DNA of 64,000 bases from Ophelia neglecta. Taxonomy: Eukaryota. Of this stretch, positions 41,501 to 54,200 are shown piece after piece (within the stretch, counting starts at the first letter, position 1; every line of letters begins with the position of its first letter). The notes under the pieces were generated by a model. It made no database searches. It was not told the origin of the DNA and was given only the letters and a program-made list of their open reading frames with translations. The position numbers and the translations under genes were made by a program. The stretch spans positions 46,066,001 to 46,130,000 of the forward strand of contig OZ260665.1 of NCBI GenBank assembly GCA_965285935.1, given 5' to 3'.

Positions 41501-42911
41501 ACACATTCGGGACATTCCACTGTGAATGTCGATCTGGGTTCTCCCTCGATGCCAACGGCAAGGACTGTAGCGGTAAGGAAAAGCCGCAAAGAAACCAAAA
41601 GATAAAACTCGCTTCTCCCACAAGCATTTTGTTTCCATCCTTGTTCAGTATTCAACACATTTTATATCATGCCCAATTTCAGACCGAAATGATTTGTAAC
41701 GAAAATTATTTGGATGCCATTTCAAATGAATGTTGGTTTTATCATAAATATGGATTATACATATCTATGGTTTCATTAACTATCTTATAGTATCATTCAT
41801 TATAGAAATTTGATTTTGACCCGGGTTTTGTACGACAGACAAAAACATCCATTTCACCTCAAAATTGATCGATTGATATATATTTTGCTGTTTAGAGCTA
41901 AGTGGGTAACAAAAAAAAATTCAACCGGTTAAATCATTATTATTGTTTTACAGACGTGAATGAGTGTGCTCTTGATAATGGCGGCTGCTCTCAAATTTGT
42001 GAAAATTCCCAGGGAAGTTATCAATGCAGCTGTAACAAAGGCTTCAATATTGGCCTCAACCAACACGAATGTTTAGGTAAACAAGACTCATCCATTAATG
42101 AATTGTACACTACCAAAATCTTTTAGCAATCAGATTATATTCAGAATAGCTGTGAAGCTTTTGAGCACTGCTATGAAACATAATATTGTGTTTGGTAATA
42201 ATTTAATGGTTTCCTTATCATTCAGACGTAAACGAATGCGACGTTGTAAAATGTCGTATGGCTTGTATCAATACGATGGGTAGCTACTACTGCTTACAAT
42301 TACAACTCACGTTTAGGGATAACCAGCCCAGTAGTAAGTAGCAACCGAGAAATGTATCATTAAACGTATGCTTTATTTTGTTGATCTTTCTTCGGCCATA
42401 AATTGCATTGTCAGACCTCTTCTCTTGCATAGTAAAAACACTTAGGTGGACGTTAAATCGAATAATAATTAGTATTAGTATATCAAGGCTTAACAGCTTC
42501 AGAGAATATCCATAGCTATTTGGTAAAGTCAATTTAGAATACTTTTCAACTCGACTTCATTCGTTTCTAATCATGTTTTCTTTCTCAAAACAAATAGGTT
42601 TAGTTGGGGAGGATTCCAAAGCAGCGAAGGAGAACTATTTTCTATCAAACTCTACTGCCACAGCATGGCTAACGCTGCTGACTGTCTTAATAATCGCGTT
42701 CATAGCAATCATTGGCGCAAAATGGATAAGAGGCGCTAGAAGACGGAGAAGTTTAAAAGGGGACTTGGAAACGAGCAGCACCTGCTCTACTTACGATATG
42801 TCGAGCAGGCGTTCTTCTCATGTGACGACCTCTAGTGGGCATTCAAATGGTGCATTCGCAAATGATTTTAGTAATATTAGCACAGTAGGACACAACTCGT
42901 CGAGACTATAG
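38586..42911 (+). CDS. Type-I membrane collagen-EGF protein, paralog A (~480 aa): signal peptide, unassigned N-domain, 22 Gly-X-Y triplets, 2 cbEGF + truncated EGF, TM, Ser-rich tail
   Basis: Hand-spliced GT-AG exons with consistent phases: 38586-38661 ([25 protein letters not shown]), 38799-38947, 39443-39574, 39755-39971, 40309-40509 (collagen), 41450-41572 ([12 protein letters not shown]), 41954-42076 ([12 protein letters not shown]), 42226-42333 ([10 protein letters not shown], 4 Cys), 42598-42911 ([21 protein letters not shown]). Total 1443 nt, in frame. An extra 33-nt exon at 40159-40191 is possible but its donor is weak. Confidence 0.88.
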
Positions 42912-43731
42912 TGGACCTACATATAGAACTGGACAATGAATGATATATTTCCTTTTTCCATTCTGCTGGCAGGATCTAGAGCCTGCCAGCCTCTTCATCC
43001 CTCCCGACCCGCCTAACAAGATTAACACAGCTCGAGAACGTGTGTTGTTTACGACCCTTTTTGTCTCAGACACAAGAACCGGTTTTAGTCATACGCATAT
43101 ATTAAGATCAATTCAACGGAACTAATTATTTCATTAGCTTAATATTTAAAGGCCTCTCAAATGCAACTACCCCTAAATCAATTTTACTCGTGCAAAATAA
43201 TGTGTAGGTCTTTTATAATATGATCGAAGCATATGATAAACTCATTGTAAAACAGTGAGCGTCCGTGTATCAACACGAACCTTAGTGAACAGTGATATCG
43301 ATCATGGGATTAAAACTAATACCTCGGAATTGTCCTTTCCTTGTGATATAAAATTGTATAGTTTTCAGTATTGAACTACGGTTATAGGTTTGAAAGTTCG
43401 TTTTTATTACCAACAGAACAAGTGTGGTATGTGTATATTTTGGTTTTGTTTGTTGGCGTTGAGCTTGTAGAAATTACCTTTAAAGTTAAACCGTCATAGA
43501 TTGTGGTCCCTTTGTTACACCGGCATTTTTTTTATGTTAATGGCATTATTGATTCACAGATTTGCAGAATAGTGTTGTTATTTCATATACTCATCATTAA
43601 TGATGCATTGACAGACGACTATATATGCAAAGCCATTTGTATCATGTTTAAGGTATATCATTACAATGGTTAGGCTGTGTTTATGTAATTATCAATAATA
43701 TAATAATGTTTTGATATTTTTATTGATGCTA

Positions 43732-43737
43732 AATAAA
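43732..43737 (+). terminator. Candidate polyadenylation signal of paralog A
   Basis: AATAAA ~820 nt after the stop, followed by T/GT-rich sequence (tatttatttcgtttcttgtttt). Confidence 0.4.
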
Positions 43738-45114
43738 CCTTATTAGGCTATTTATTTCGTTTCTTGTTTTACATTAATTCAGTGATACGCTAGGCCCTAA
43801 TTTTCCAGTTAGTTTTTCATTCCTATAGTTCCTGCTATGTACCTAAATTGTCCAAGAAGCTCCTAATTTCAAGTTCACATGCGAACCCCATCTACTCAAT
43901 TGCATATATCTCTCTTATCATGATTCAGCTACAACACAAGGCATTAAATCTGAAGGGGCTTAGATAAGACCCTGTGGCTGTGATTTGTTTACAGCCATGT
44001 TATTCAGTGGCTTACTTTCACCCTAAAAATGAACACTTTTATAGCATGTGGCATTCCGTCCGTTGTAACATACGTCACTGTAGCCGTGTTTGCTTAAATG
44101 ACTTGTATATATCACCACTGTAGCTGACTTTTAAACACTTTCAAAAACGCCTGTATAAAAATGTTGATTACCAACCTTTACCAGGTAAGATTCCATCATT
44201 GCCACAGGCGTAGCAGGCTCCCGGCTGGAAATAAAAAAAGATAATTGTGGTGAATTAAAACGTCCGTTCTTATAAACTTGCATGCATGCATGCGTTTATT
44301 CATAGGATGCATTTTTTTATTTCAAAGGGCAGAATAAAAGGAAGTTCTGTAATAAAAATAACAGCAAGTTTGTTTATTCGTAACAATACTGTTATTAATA
44401 TTATCATTATCATGTTGAACTTATTATGTATACATAAATTTTGTTTTATTATACCTATATGGGAACGAAAAATCTATTCTGAATTGAATTGCTTTATTTG
44501 AGGTTGACCACGTCTGTTATGGCCTGCGTGGTTAACCAGTGTTTTGATTACAACTTACTATTCCAAGTACACAGATAGGTTTACCATATGTTGTTGTAAC
44601 TGAATAATGCTATAGGCTACAGGCTATTTTTTATTTTCGGTTTCTGTGATAGCACTGTGGTTTATCAGTGTTTTAACTTCAAATCCTTTTGTACCAAATG
44701 GAACACTTGTGTTTTCTTTGGTCTTAAATGCTTCTGTATTATCAAATGCTTTGTTATCAAATGCTTCTGTATTAGTTTTTTACTAAGGGGATAAATAACT
44801 TTATCTACTATTCTGTGGTCCTCACTGCAACCTAGTTGAATGAGTTCTCCCTATAAACCCCGAATTTGTTTATGTTAATCTCACCAAAGAACCGCTAGGT
44901 ATAGACATTAATTAATATTTGTTTCATTTCTTAATTAGAACATTGGAACTGTACCTTAAACGATACAGTATTTTTGCAATAAAAAACAATCAAAGAAAAT
45001 GCATGTATTTCTCTATTGGTCCTAGATGTATCCCACATAGGCATAAAGATAAAATTAAGATTATCGGCGAGATAAAAGATAAGTGAAGGCAGTGCAGATG
45101 GTTGAATTATTTAC

Positions 45115-45778
45115 AAGGCTATCGATAAATCGTTAAAGCAAAGCTATTTACAAGTTGTGTTGCCATGAACTATAACATACAAATTTTATATATACGGTTA
45201 CACGTCCATGTGTGGCCTGTTGACAGACATGTATATGACGCCAGGACTAAGGTTTCACAGTCACTGTGACATCAGCTGATATCCAGGCAATCCATAAATT
45301 ATGAATTAAAACACTTGTCTGAAAGGCCCACTTGTTTGATAAACAAAATAAAGCTGGTTATATGATACAATTGAATTAATGGCATAAATATACGTTTCAG
45401 TGGTTCATATCTTTCAAGACCGAAATAAAAGGTAATGGTAGGCTTCATGAGCCCCAATTAACAGTACATTGAACCGCGCTAGTCTTTGGAGATGAGGCCC
45501 AGTGTTCTTACCATCTTACCGTTGAGAGATCGGATGTATGATCAGTAGAGTTGTTGGTTAGCACTTTTGAATTGAATTGACAAGGATATTAGACAATGGC
45601 AATGATGCGCTAAATATAGTGAATTTTTGGTTAATGAGGGCTGAGATTTGCCTCTTCTCGTTAACTCCCATGCATTGGCAAGAACTATATTTAAAACCAA
45701 ACACGTTTTTCAGAAATCGTTTATTGTGAGACAGCGTTGTTTTATTGTCGTTAGAATATCACTTTAGAAAAGCCTGAC
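45115..45778 (-). pseudogene. Decayed 3' fragment (last TMs + 3' UTR) of the otopetrin-like gene
   Basis: Colinear by eye with ~56990-57660, e.g. tatacggttacacgtccatg vs tatacggttacatgtacatg, aagctggttatatgataca vs aagctggttatgcgataca, gctgagatttgcctcttctcgttaac vs gctgagatttggtctcttttcgttaac. Translates PTITFYFGLERYEPLKRIFMPLIQLYHITSF vs PTNTFYFGHERFELIEHIFMPFSQLYRITSF. About 65 nt matching ~57312-57376 are deleted, and there are further indels. Confidence 0.88.
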
Positions 45779-48096
45779 ATTTAATCCTTTCTTATTTAAT
45801 CAAAAATAACCAGAATTAATGTACAGGTCCAATATCCAAAGCAAGGCCAAAAAACTCCTTTGCATTTTATTAGGTTGCTTGAAAAGTGTAAGGTACCTTT
45901 GCACTTAGCAAATCAATTCCGATTTTCAAACCGCCCTTACACTGTTTGAAAGGCCCTTTTTCGCCTTGTTTCTGTAACACTAAAACCCTGGCTATTATTG
46001 TGCTATAACCGTCCAGTGGTCTAACGAGACAGCATAAAAATAACATTATAAAAGACTCAAAAGGTCTAAAAAGGAAATTCTCAAGCCCCCCCCCCCTTCC
46101 CGCACATCCTAATCTATATTCTTACCCCTACTCTGGAACCCAATACATTCCCTGACAACATGAATTAGGCCTATTACAATTTCTCAGTATTATTCTTTAT
46201 CAAATTTAAAACCTTATAAAGGAAAACAGCAAAATAAAATACACAGATTACATTCCCTGCCAAAACATGAAAAGGGTCAATATTCTACAAACTATCAAAA
46301 TCTGTGAGGTTTTCCTCGTATTAAAGTTCAACGGTCTTTCGAATTTGAACAAAATCTGTATTGGTACAACAACAATAGTATGGAATTCGGACCCTATTTC
46401 TTATAAATTGTTAACTTTATATTTTCTATGAAAGACACATATTGCATATATGGTGACCTGTTCCTAGTAGAAAAAAAGACGGATGTAAAAGTTTAACGAC
46501 TGCAGCGAGACCGCACTGCTCCAGTAGGCCTAAAGTATTTTTCTGAGAAGACATTTTCATTTCAAATTTTATGAGCTTACTTTTGATCATGACACTGAAA
46601 AATAGTTTTCTAGTAGACCTATCGTATTCCAGGACGTGCTACTTATTAACGCTAGTTTTAAACAACAAAACCGCAATGCTTTTAAACTTCGGGTTGTATT
46701 CGTAAGAAGAGTTTCGATTCTCTAAAAATCTAACCCAAGTTGGATAATCCTTTGGGGGATAACCTCTAATCAACCCTTTTTGTTACTTTATAATTCTTAG
46801 CCGTAATTAATCCACAATAAAGTGACCAAATTGGGAAAATAAATATTTATGCAACCTCCTCTGCAAGACATCCGACTTGTTTTCTGAACAACGGTTTGTA
46901 CTTAAGGCGAGGCCAGATAAGAGAATATCATAGCTTAAATGTATATGTAGAGGGTAAGCCTATAAGTCGGAGCTACTAGCACGTTTTATCTGATGTACGG
47001 AATTTGATGTATGAAATTTGGAAAATAGGAATTTAGGTATTTTCAGGTTTTCAAATTGATGAAATAGAATAAATAATAGACTTATGGCTGTAATGAAAGG
47101 TAAAAAATAATGATGTACGGTTTTTGGTATTCTTATTGCGTGTTTTTAAAATGTTACAAAATTGAGTGGCGACAATTTTTCTTCGAATTGCATTTTATTT
47201 TTATACAAATAACCTGAACAACATTTGAACGATAATAATTCTTACACCCACGAAAATGTGAATGCATGCAAAAAGGATTCTCCGGCTATACCGAAATTAA
47301 TACTGATAAGAATGAATATCGGTACCTTGATTATTGACCATAAAAAACACACGCGAGATAGTATACATAATTTCTTTGCAGAAATCATCGCCTTTCAATG
47401 CTTATTGGTCGCCTATTGTTAGCTAAACTCAGGGTGCTCTTCACAAAAACCCGGTTTTCAAAGCACCTTAAATTTCTTACTTTTCCTACGCATGTGAATC
47501 AAAAAGCAAAAAAAAAATACATTCCAAAACATTCGCCATTGAATCGCGTCTACTTTTGGACGCGTTCTACGGTAACAATCATTTCTGATTTATGCCAATG
47601 CAATAGTCACCGGGTAGAGAACAATTGAAACGTATACAAATCAAAATAAATGTGCTTAAAGGTACGATTAGGTAGTGGGTTTGTCCCATCATACACACCC
47701 CGTATAGGAATACTTGATGAGTACTTGTGTAGAGTCCCAGGGCCACAACATACAAGGGACGAACCGCAGGGATGAAGGGCCTACGTCGTGCCTACCTGCA
47801 CGCCTTGAAGACGTCATTATCACAACCAACGGGTTTACGTTTAACAAACAACATAATTCAGTTACTGGTGTCGAGGTAGGTGTGTTGATTACGAGTGCTA
47901 GTACATGACAGACTGTATCCTCTCGTCAACAATTAAAAGCAGAATTGATTGATAAATATACATGCTTTGGGTATAAGTTTTATAGGTAAGACGAGCGACC
48001 TCAAGGTCCTTTGTTGTCAATGAGGCCGCCTGGCCCGACAAGGGTGGTATGTTGATGAATAGCTAGGCCTTCAAATTCAATAATCAGGTGTATTCA

Positions 48097-48121
48097 CCAA
48101 TAGAGCTCAAGGATATAAATA
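48097..48121 (+). promoter_or_regulatory. Candidate CCAAT + TATA core promoter of paralog B
   Basis: CCAAT at 48097-48101 and TATAAATA at 48114-48121, ~90 nt upstream of the ATG at 48204. Confidence 0.4.
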
Positions 48122-48203
48122 GCCATTACGGATAAGGTCCAATGCTGGTATTTACAGTAGGTGCTTTCTACCATTTAGAAACTCAAATTAAATGCAGGAG
48201 GAG

Positions 48204-51200
48204 ATGAAGATGGATGCACTGTTGATCCTTCCAGTTCTTTTGGTCCTAGGCCTATGTGCGACTTCAGCCCGTTATGCCGGTAAGCAGGGTTACAATATTT
48301 ACATTAAGAACAACTCTATATCCTGATATAGGTCGGTATACTATATGATATACTTTTAATATTATTTGGTTTGGAATCAAACCACAAGTAAGTACTATTG
48401 ATTATGGAACAGGTAATACTTTTATCAATTTTTCCACATGAATGTAGGAGTATAGATGTGAAAAGTTTGTATTTCTATCATACAGCGAGACGAGTTATGG
48501 TTTATTATTTTCAATGTTAGAGTCTCGCGTGACAACGTCCGGGCATCCTGTGATCGCGAGGACCAACTCGTTTGTCCAAAGCGGTCTTCACCACTCCTAC
48601 GTCGACTATAACATCCTCCTCCTGGCCGGCAGACTCCAGAGCATCAGTGTCTTTATCCATGAAGACAGTAAGGAGCGCACCCCCTGCCGGCTCCAGGTGT
48701 GGGTATCCCGGGATCAAACCCCTCTCCAGTACACGCTCTTCTACCAATACCGAGTAGAACTACCAAATTATAGAGGGGTATTTCGGGTGAGGAGATTTGA
48801 ACAATTAACAATGCAATTTATGTTTCTTTATATGTCTGACATAAAATGCAAGCGTTTAAGTACCTTAGACGGTGCAAAGACAATACATGTACCTATAGAA
48901 CTTATATGGGACTTTCTGAATTTTAAAATAAATGTGCATTTTTGCCCCAACGTGGGGCCAAACAGAGCAAAGAGTGGGGCACGTCAGGACGATGTAGACC
49001 TAATTATCACTATCACCATGGAAAGGCGATCTTTCAATGAATTCATAAAATGACTGTAACAGGGAAAGTCAACCGACAACATGCATAAAGAATTATATAG
49101 GATACTGTTTTTTATGTTTATTTGTGACAAGCACGAGAGCTTCATTGATAAATGAAAACTTTACTTTGCATCGTCTTAATAAGAGTTATGTGTAATGGCA
49201 CAGGTGGAGATTCCCGACACACCTTTGGTGCCTAAGGGCTCCCGTCTGGGATGGACCTACGAGAAGGACACAGGCCCAATTTCGTTTTCCTACCAGGCGG
49301 ACTACCCCCTCTACTACCGACCCATCGACGGCCGGGGCTTCCCGCTTGTGGGTCAAACATACACCTTTCGCAAGGACACCTTTCCGGCTGTTCACTCCAT
49401 CTCGGCGAGCCTACTACGGCTTAACGATTCCGGTGGTAAATGTCTCACACACAGACCCATTTCTAGATTTTAAATTTCGCTTTTATATCAAATGAATCTA
49501 TATGTACAGATGAAAAATATAAATGAGGTTTAAATGTACCTATAGAATGTACCCTATCGTTGAATAGGGGTCAGGGTAGTAAAGCAAATAATGATTGCAA
49601 GAAATTGGTTCTAATTATTAAAAGCTTTGTCTGTTTTTGATCCTGGTGGAAAAGAAGAGACTACAAGTCCATCGTGCCAAGCTGTCTCCACAGAAGGAAC
49701 TGGGCCAACGTATACAGCAAGCTCTTTGTCTGGATATACAGCAATACCTGGGTCTGGCTCCACAGAAGGAAACGAACAACTGACCGATGAAGAGGGGAAT
49801 TCTTGGCCTCATGGAACTATTGTACCTCTTGGCCCATCCCTCAGTGTGGAAGATGTCAGTACCACTAGCATGTTTAGGTCAACTGGACCTGACAATGGAG
49901 AGGTAAAAAGCACCGTCACCCTTCCTGACACAGGACCATCAGTCCCTGCTGGCACGTCAACGGCAACAGGGCCAGCTGGTCAACCAGGGACAACTGCTGC
50001 CCCACTTGAACCAACCGCCCCCCTCGGTCTGACACTGGTTACCGAGGCCACAGATAACCGCGGGTCGACAATGGGCTTACCTAAATTAAATGGGTCTACA
50101 GGGGCAACCGGTCCTGTCGGACTATCTGGGACAACTGGCGTTGCTGGGGGAACCGGCTCGTCTTGCACACCGGCCGCAACTGGGCCAGGTTCAACAGGGG
50201 CAACAGGCATCCCAGGAAGGACGGGGTCTACTGGCTTGATTGGTGGTACCGGATCGAGTGGCGTGGCAGGAACTCCGGGCAAGACCGGCGCAACAGGTAA
50301 GAACAATAAAGAAGCTTTCTTTTGATCAAATTATTTTCCAGCAGGTTTATAAGTCACCCATTTATGGACCCAAATTTAATTTTGATAAGAGAATTTATTC
50401 ATTCAGGAATGCCAGTATTAACAGGTGCTACCGGCCCAAGGGTCCTCTCGAGGGCTAGTCGCAGAGGTAATGCGGAAGAATGGGGCTCGCCCGGCCTCCC
50501 TGGACCAACAGGGGCATCAGGACTTCCCGGCACCGCGGGCGAAACTGGTGCCATTGGTCTAGTTGGACTGGCTGGAGCAACTGGTCCTCCAGGCAATTCA
50601 GGGGCTACTGGGCCAACTGGAACGAAAGGCAAGTAATATATCGCCAGACTAATGCCAAAATGGCCTAAGAGACATTTGGCCGAAATGGGGTTTTGTTTAT
50701 CAAAATTACCGCCTGACCAAGCTCTATCGTCCTAATAATAACACCAACATATATCGATAGTGAAAATGCTTTTTTTGCCAAAAACAAATGGGCATGTTTT
50801 TAGCTTGGCCATTTGGCTTTGATGGCAAGTGCAACTTAGGTTCTTTTGGGACTTCAGATTTCTGTTACTTAGGCCATTTTGGAAATAAATCCTCTAACTT
50901 AGGCCATTTAGGTCACAGAACCATATGTAACTTAGGCCACTTTGGACCTTAGTTCCAAATGTGGACACATCATAACAAAAGACTGTCAATTATTATTGAT
51001 ATCATGAATTGGAGTATTCCATGCGATCAAACACTAAAAATTTAAATGCGTGAAGGGTTAGAGAGACAAAATGGTGATGTGCATAAACTTTTATAGGCGG
51101 CAGTGGCGTTGATGGTGTACCTGGCAATACTGGGGAAACTGGTCAACAGGGTGAGATGGGGTCCACGGGACTAGTAGGAAGTCCAGGTCAGGTGGGATCT

Positions 51201-54200
51201 ACTGGCACTTCAGGCTCTCCTGGAAAGTCAGGGGCAACTGGCCAACCAGGACCTACTGGCTCGATAGGGTCGACAGGAATGAGAGGCTTGTATGGGATTC
51301 CAGGAGTAACCGGAGCAACTGGGAGCCAGGGAGCAACTGGATTCCCGGGAATAATCGGGCCAGCTGGAGAAACGGGCCCTACCGGACACCAAGGACAAAC
51401 AGGGGCTAAAGGTATCGTATCCTCCATCGCCATTTGCTTTAGATGGCAGATTTACATATACTATTGGCATGCAAGTATTTGTAACTAAACGGGCTTTTAT
51501 TGCCCGTTTATATTGCAGGAACTGCAGGAATCACGGGGAGTTCTGGTCCCAGTGGTCCACCTGGCTTGCCTGGTCGCTCTGGGGCAACGGGTCCACAGGG
51601 CTTTCCGGGACAAGCTGGCTCCATTGGATATTCGGGTAAGACCGGTGCCACCGGTGTTGCAGGAGAGCCAGGCAAGACTGGCTGGACAGGACCTGAAGGT
51701 CCCCAAGGAAAACACGGCGTCACAGGAGTCCGGGGCTTACCTGGCCTAGACGGGGCCACAATCCAGGCCGGAATTCTAGGTTAGGTATAAACCGAATTAG
51801 CCGTATGTACAGATGTCATTGACGAGTACTCATTTTTGAAATAGACAGGGGTATTATGTTGAATGTATTCCTTATAGGGAAGTAGCCTCGGGCATGAACA
51901 ATTTTTATGCAAAACTTATTCAAGCGGCAAATCAATTTAGTTGGAATTTATATTCATTCTATAGGACCCACCGGGGCAACTGGACAGAGTGGAGAGACTG
52001 GTGCAACGGGCATGCAAGGGAAAACAGGTGCTTCTGGAGAAAGCGGCCCGGAAGGCAGCAGGGGACAGCTTGGTGAGAGGGGAGGGGTTGGCGCCACTGG
52101 ACCGTCTGGGGAAACCGGAACTGCCGGAGAGACCGGTTCTACTGGGCCTCAAGGGGAAACGGGAGCAACAGGTGGTCCGGGACGCACCGGTAGTATGGGG
52201 GCCACAGGAAGAGAGGGCCTAACTGGACTAGTGGGCCAGCCTGGAGAAACTGGTAAGTGTGTGGGTTAGCACACAGAAAAATGATAACAGGTGATCAAAT
52301 ATACACTTTACGTTTAACTAAAACAGCCATCATGCCTATAGGGCCTAATTGAATTGCATCAAAGTTATTTCCTCGAGGCAAGGTGAGGCTGGCGCCACCG
52401 GCTCAGTGGGCCCGACTGGTGCTGTTGGTGCTACAGGCCAAGGCGGAAAAACTGGGGGTACAGGAACTGTGGGTCCTTCCGGGAAGACGGGAGCCACCGG
52501 AGAAGGAGGAAGAATCGGCGATTCGGGTGTTCCTGGGAAAACTGGAGCTCGTGGACAAGCGGGTTTCACTGGGCCTGGTGGGGAGACAGGAGCAACAGGA
52601 GCGGATGGGGAAACAGGTGCAACAGGAGAAAGAGGAAACAAGGGGAAAACTGGAGCAACAGGCAAGTTACTTTAAGCCTTTAGAGGAATTATGAATGACC
52701 TTTGAATCACTTATATACATATGTATTTCAATTTGTACATGCGTTATTAGACTGTTTATAAGATAGTATTAACAATGGCGATGGGCATGCTTGTTCACTT
52801 GAAGGCGAAAGAGGGGAGCCAGGTTCGACCGGTGAATCTGGCTTCACGGGGTCGACGGGAAAAGATGGAAATGTAGGCATTGCAGGAGCAACGGGGCTCC
52901 CGGGAGAAAGTGGGGCTAGTGGTCCTCCTGGCCAAACTGGACCCGGTGGCAAAGATGGAATAGTGGGGCCTCCGGCAGAAACTGGTGCCACCGGCCAACC
53001 AGGAGAGACGGGGGCGACCGGTCATCGGGGTGAGCCAGGGCCAGCTGGTCCCGCGGGGGGATCAAAGTCCAATGGAGAGCCTGGTGCCACAGGCATCATG
53101 GGCGAGACTGGTGCCACAGGAGAGCAGGGGGTAGCCGGCCGCCCTGGTGTGTTTGGTGCAACTGGACACACTGGACCCATGGGTGAGAATGTCGAGTTGG
53201 TCAGGGCATTATATTGCTATACATTTGTTCACAGTAAATCGACTTTTGTTAACGTTCCAGCAATAAACAATCGTAAATTTGGGAATTTATCTTTCAGGTG
53301 AAAGTGGTGCAACAGGGCCTCCCTACGAAGGTTGCTCTTAAGTCTACTAGAATAAGATAATGCGTTTTTCATTTATCTTACCAAAAAAGGCATGTAGTTT
53401 AGATCAAAAGTGTTTTTCCTCTGTAGATGTAAATGAGTGTGCTGAAGACACCCACACCTGTAGTCAGCTATGTCTCAACACGTTTGGGGGTTATCGTTGT
53501 GAATGTCAGGAGGGCTTTCAACTACAGGCCGACAACCAGAATTGTAAAGGTCAGAGAGCAAATATAGCCAACATGGGGTTAACAGGGGCTAAGTCCATAC
53601 ACATGGGTTCAATTACCATTATCCAGTCTACCCCAAAACTAACTTATAGCTTTCATATAATATATATATACATATATACATATATACTAGAATCCATTTT
53701 TCGGATTGCAATCAGTCCAGTTTGGTTTTAAGAAAAAGATAACATAGTGTTGTGATGTTCTCTCTGTTGTCTTTAGACGTTGACGAGTGCCAGATTTACA
53801 TGCCCTGTATGCAGAACTGTACCAACTTTGTCGGTTCTTACTCCTGTTCCTGCTTCGAGGGCTTTACACAGTCGTCTGATCTTCATTTATGTGAAGGTAA
53901 CGAAACAGTACATCAACGATACTTCATTCACTCCAATAACAGGATAATTGGATAATTTGCCATACCCACGTGGGGGATGTAATTCACAAGTTACTGGTAA
54001 ATGCATAATACACCCTCGTCTTCAATTGATATCGACGTCCGCACACTTTAAAACCCTCCACGAAAAATTCATTCATAACTGCCGTTATCAATTTTTTAAA
54101 AGCGGTTTCTTTATATGCTCTGTGTATAGATATAAACGAGTGTGAAGAGGAGCCTGGTATTTGTCAGCAGTGGGATAACACCTTATGTTACAACACATAT

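Noticed and set aside
42900-42911. C-terminal SRL as a peroxisomal PTS1
   Set aside because: The protein has a signal peptide and a TM, so a PDZ-ligand reading fits better.
50450-50466. RASRR as a furin site in paralog B
   Set aside because: It is only a minimal R-x-x-R match, and the Arg codons are explained by decayed Gly codons. Unsupported without conservation data.
49980-53025. Minus-strand Pro/Val/Ala-rich ORFs (PVAPV...), also at 40286-40474
   Set aside because: Antisense shadows of Gly-X-Y codons. Splice signals and phases support only the plus strand.
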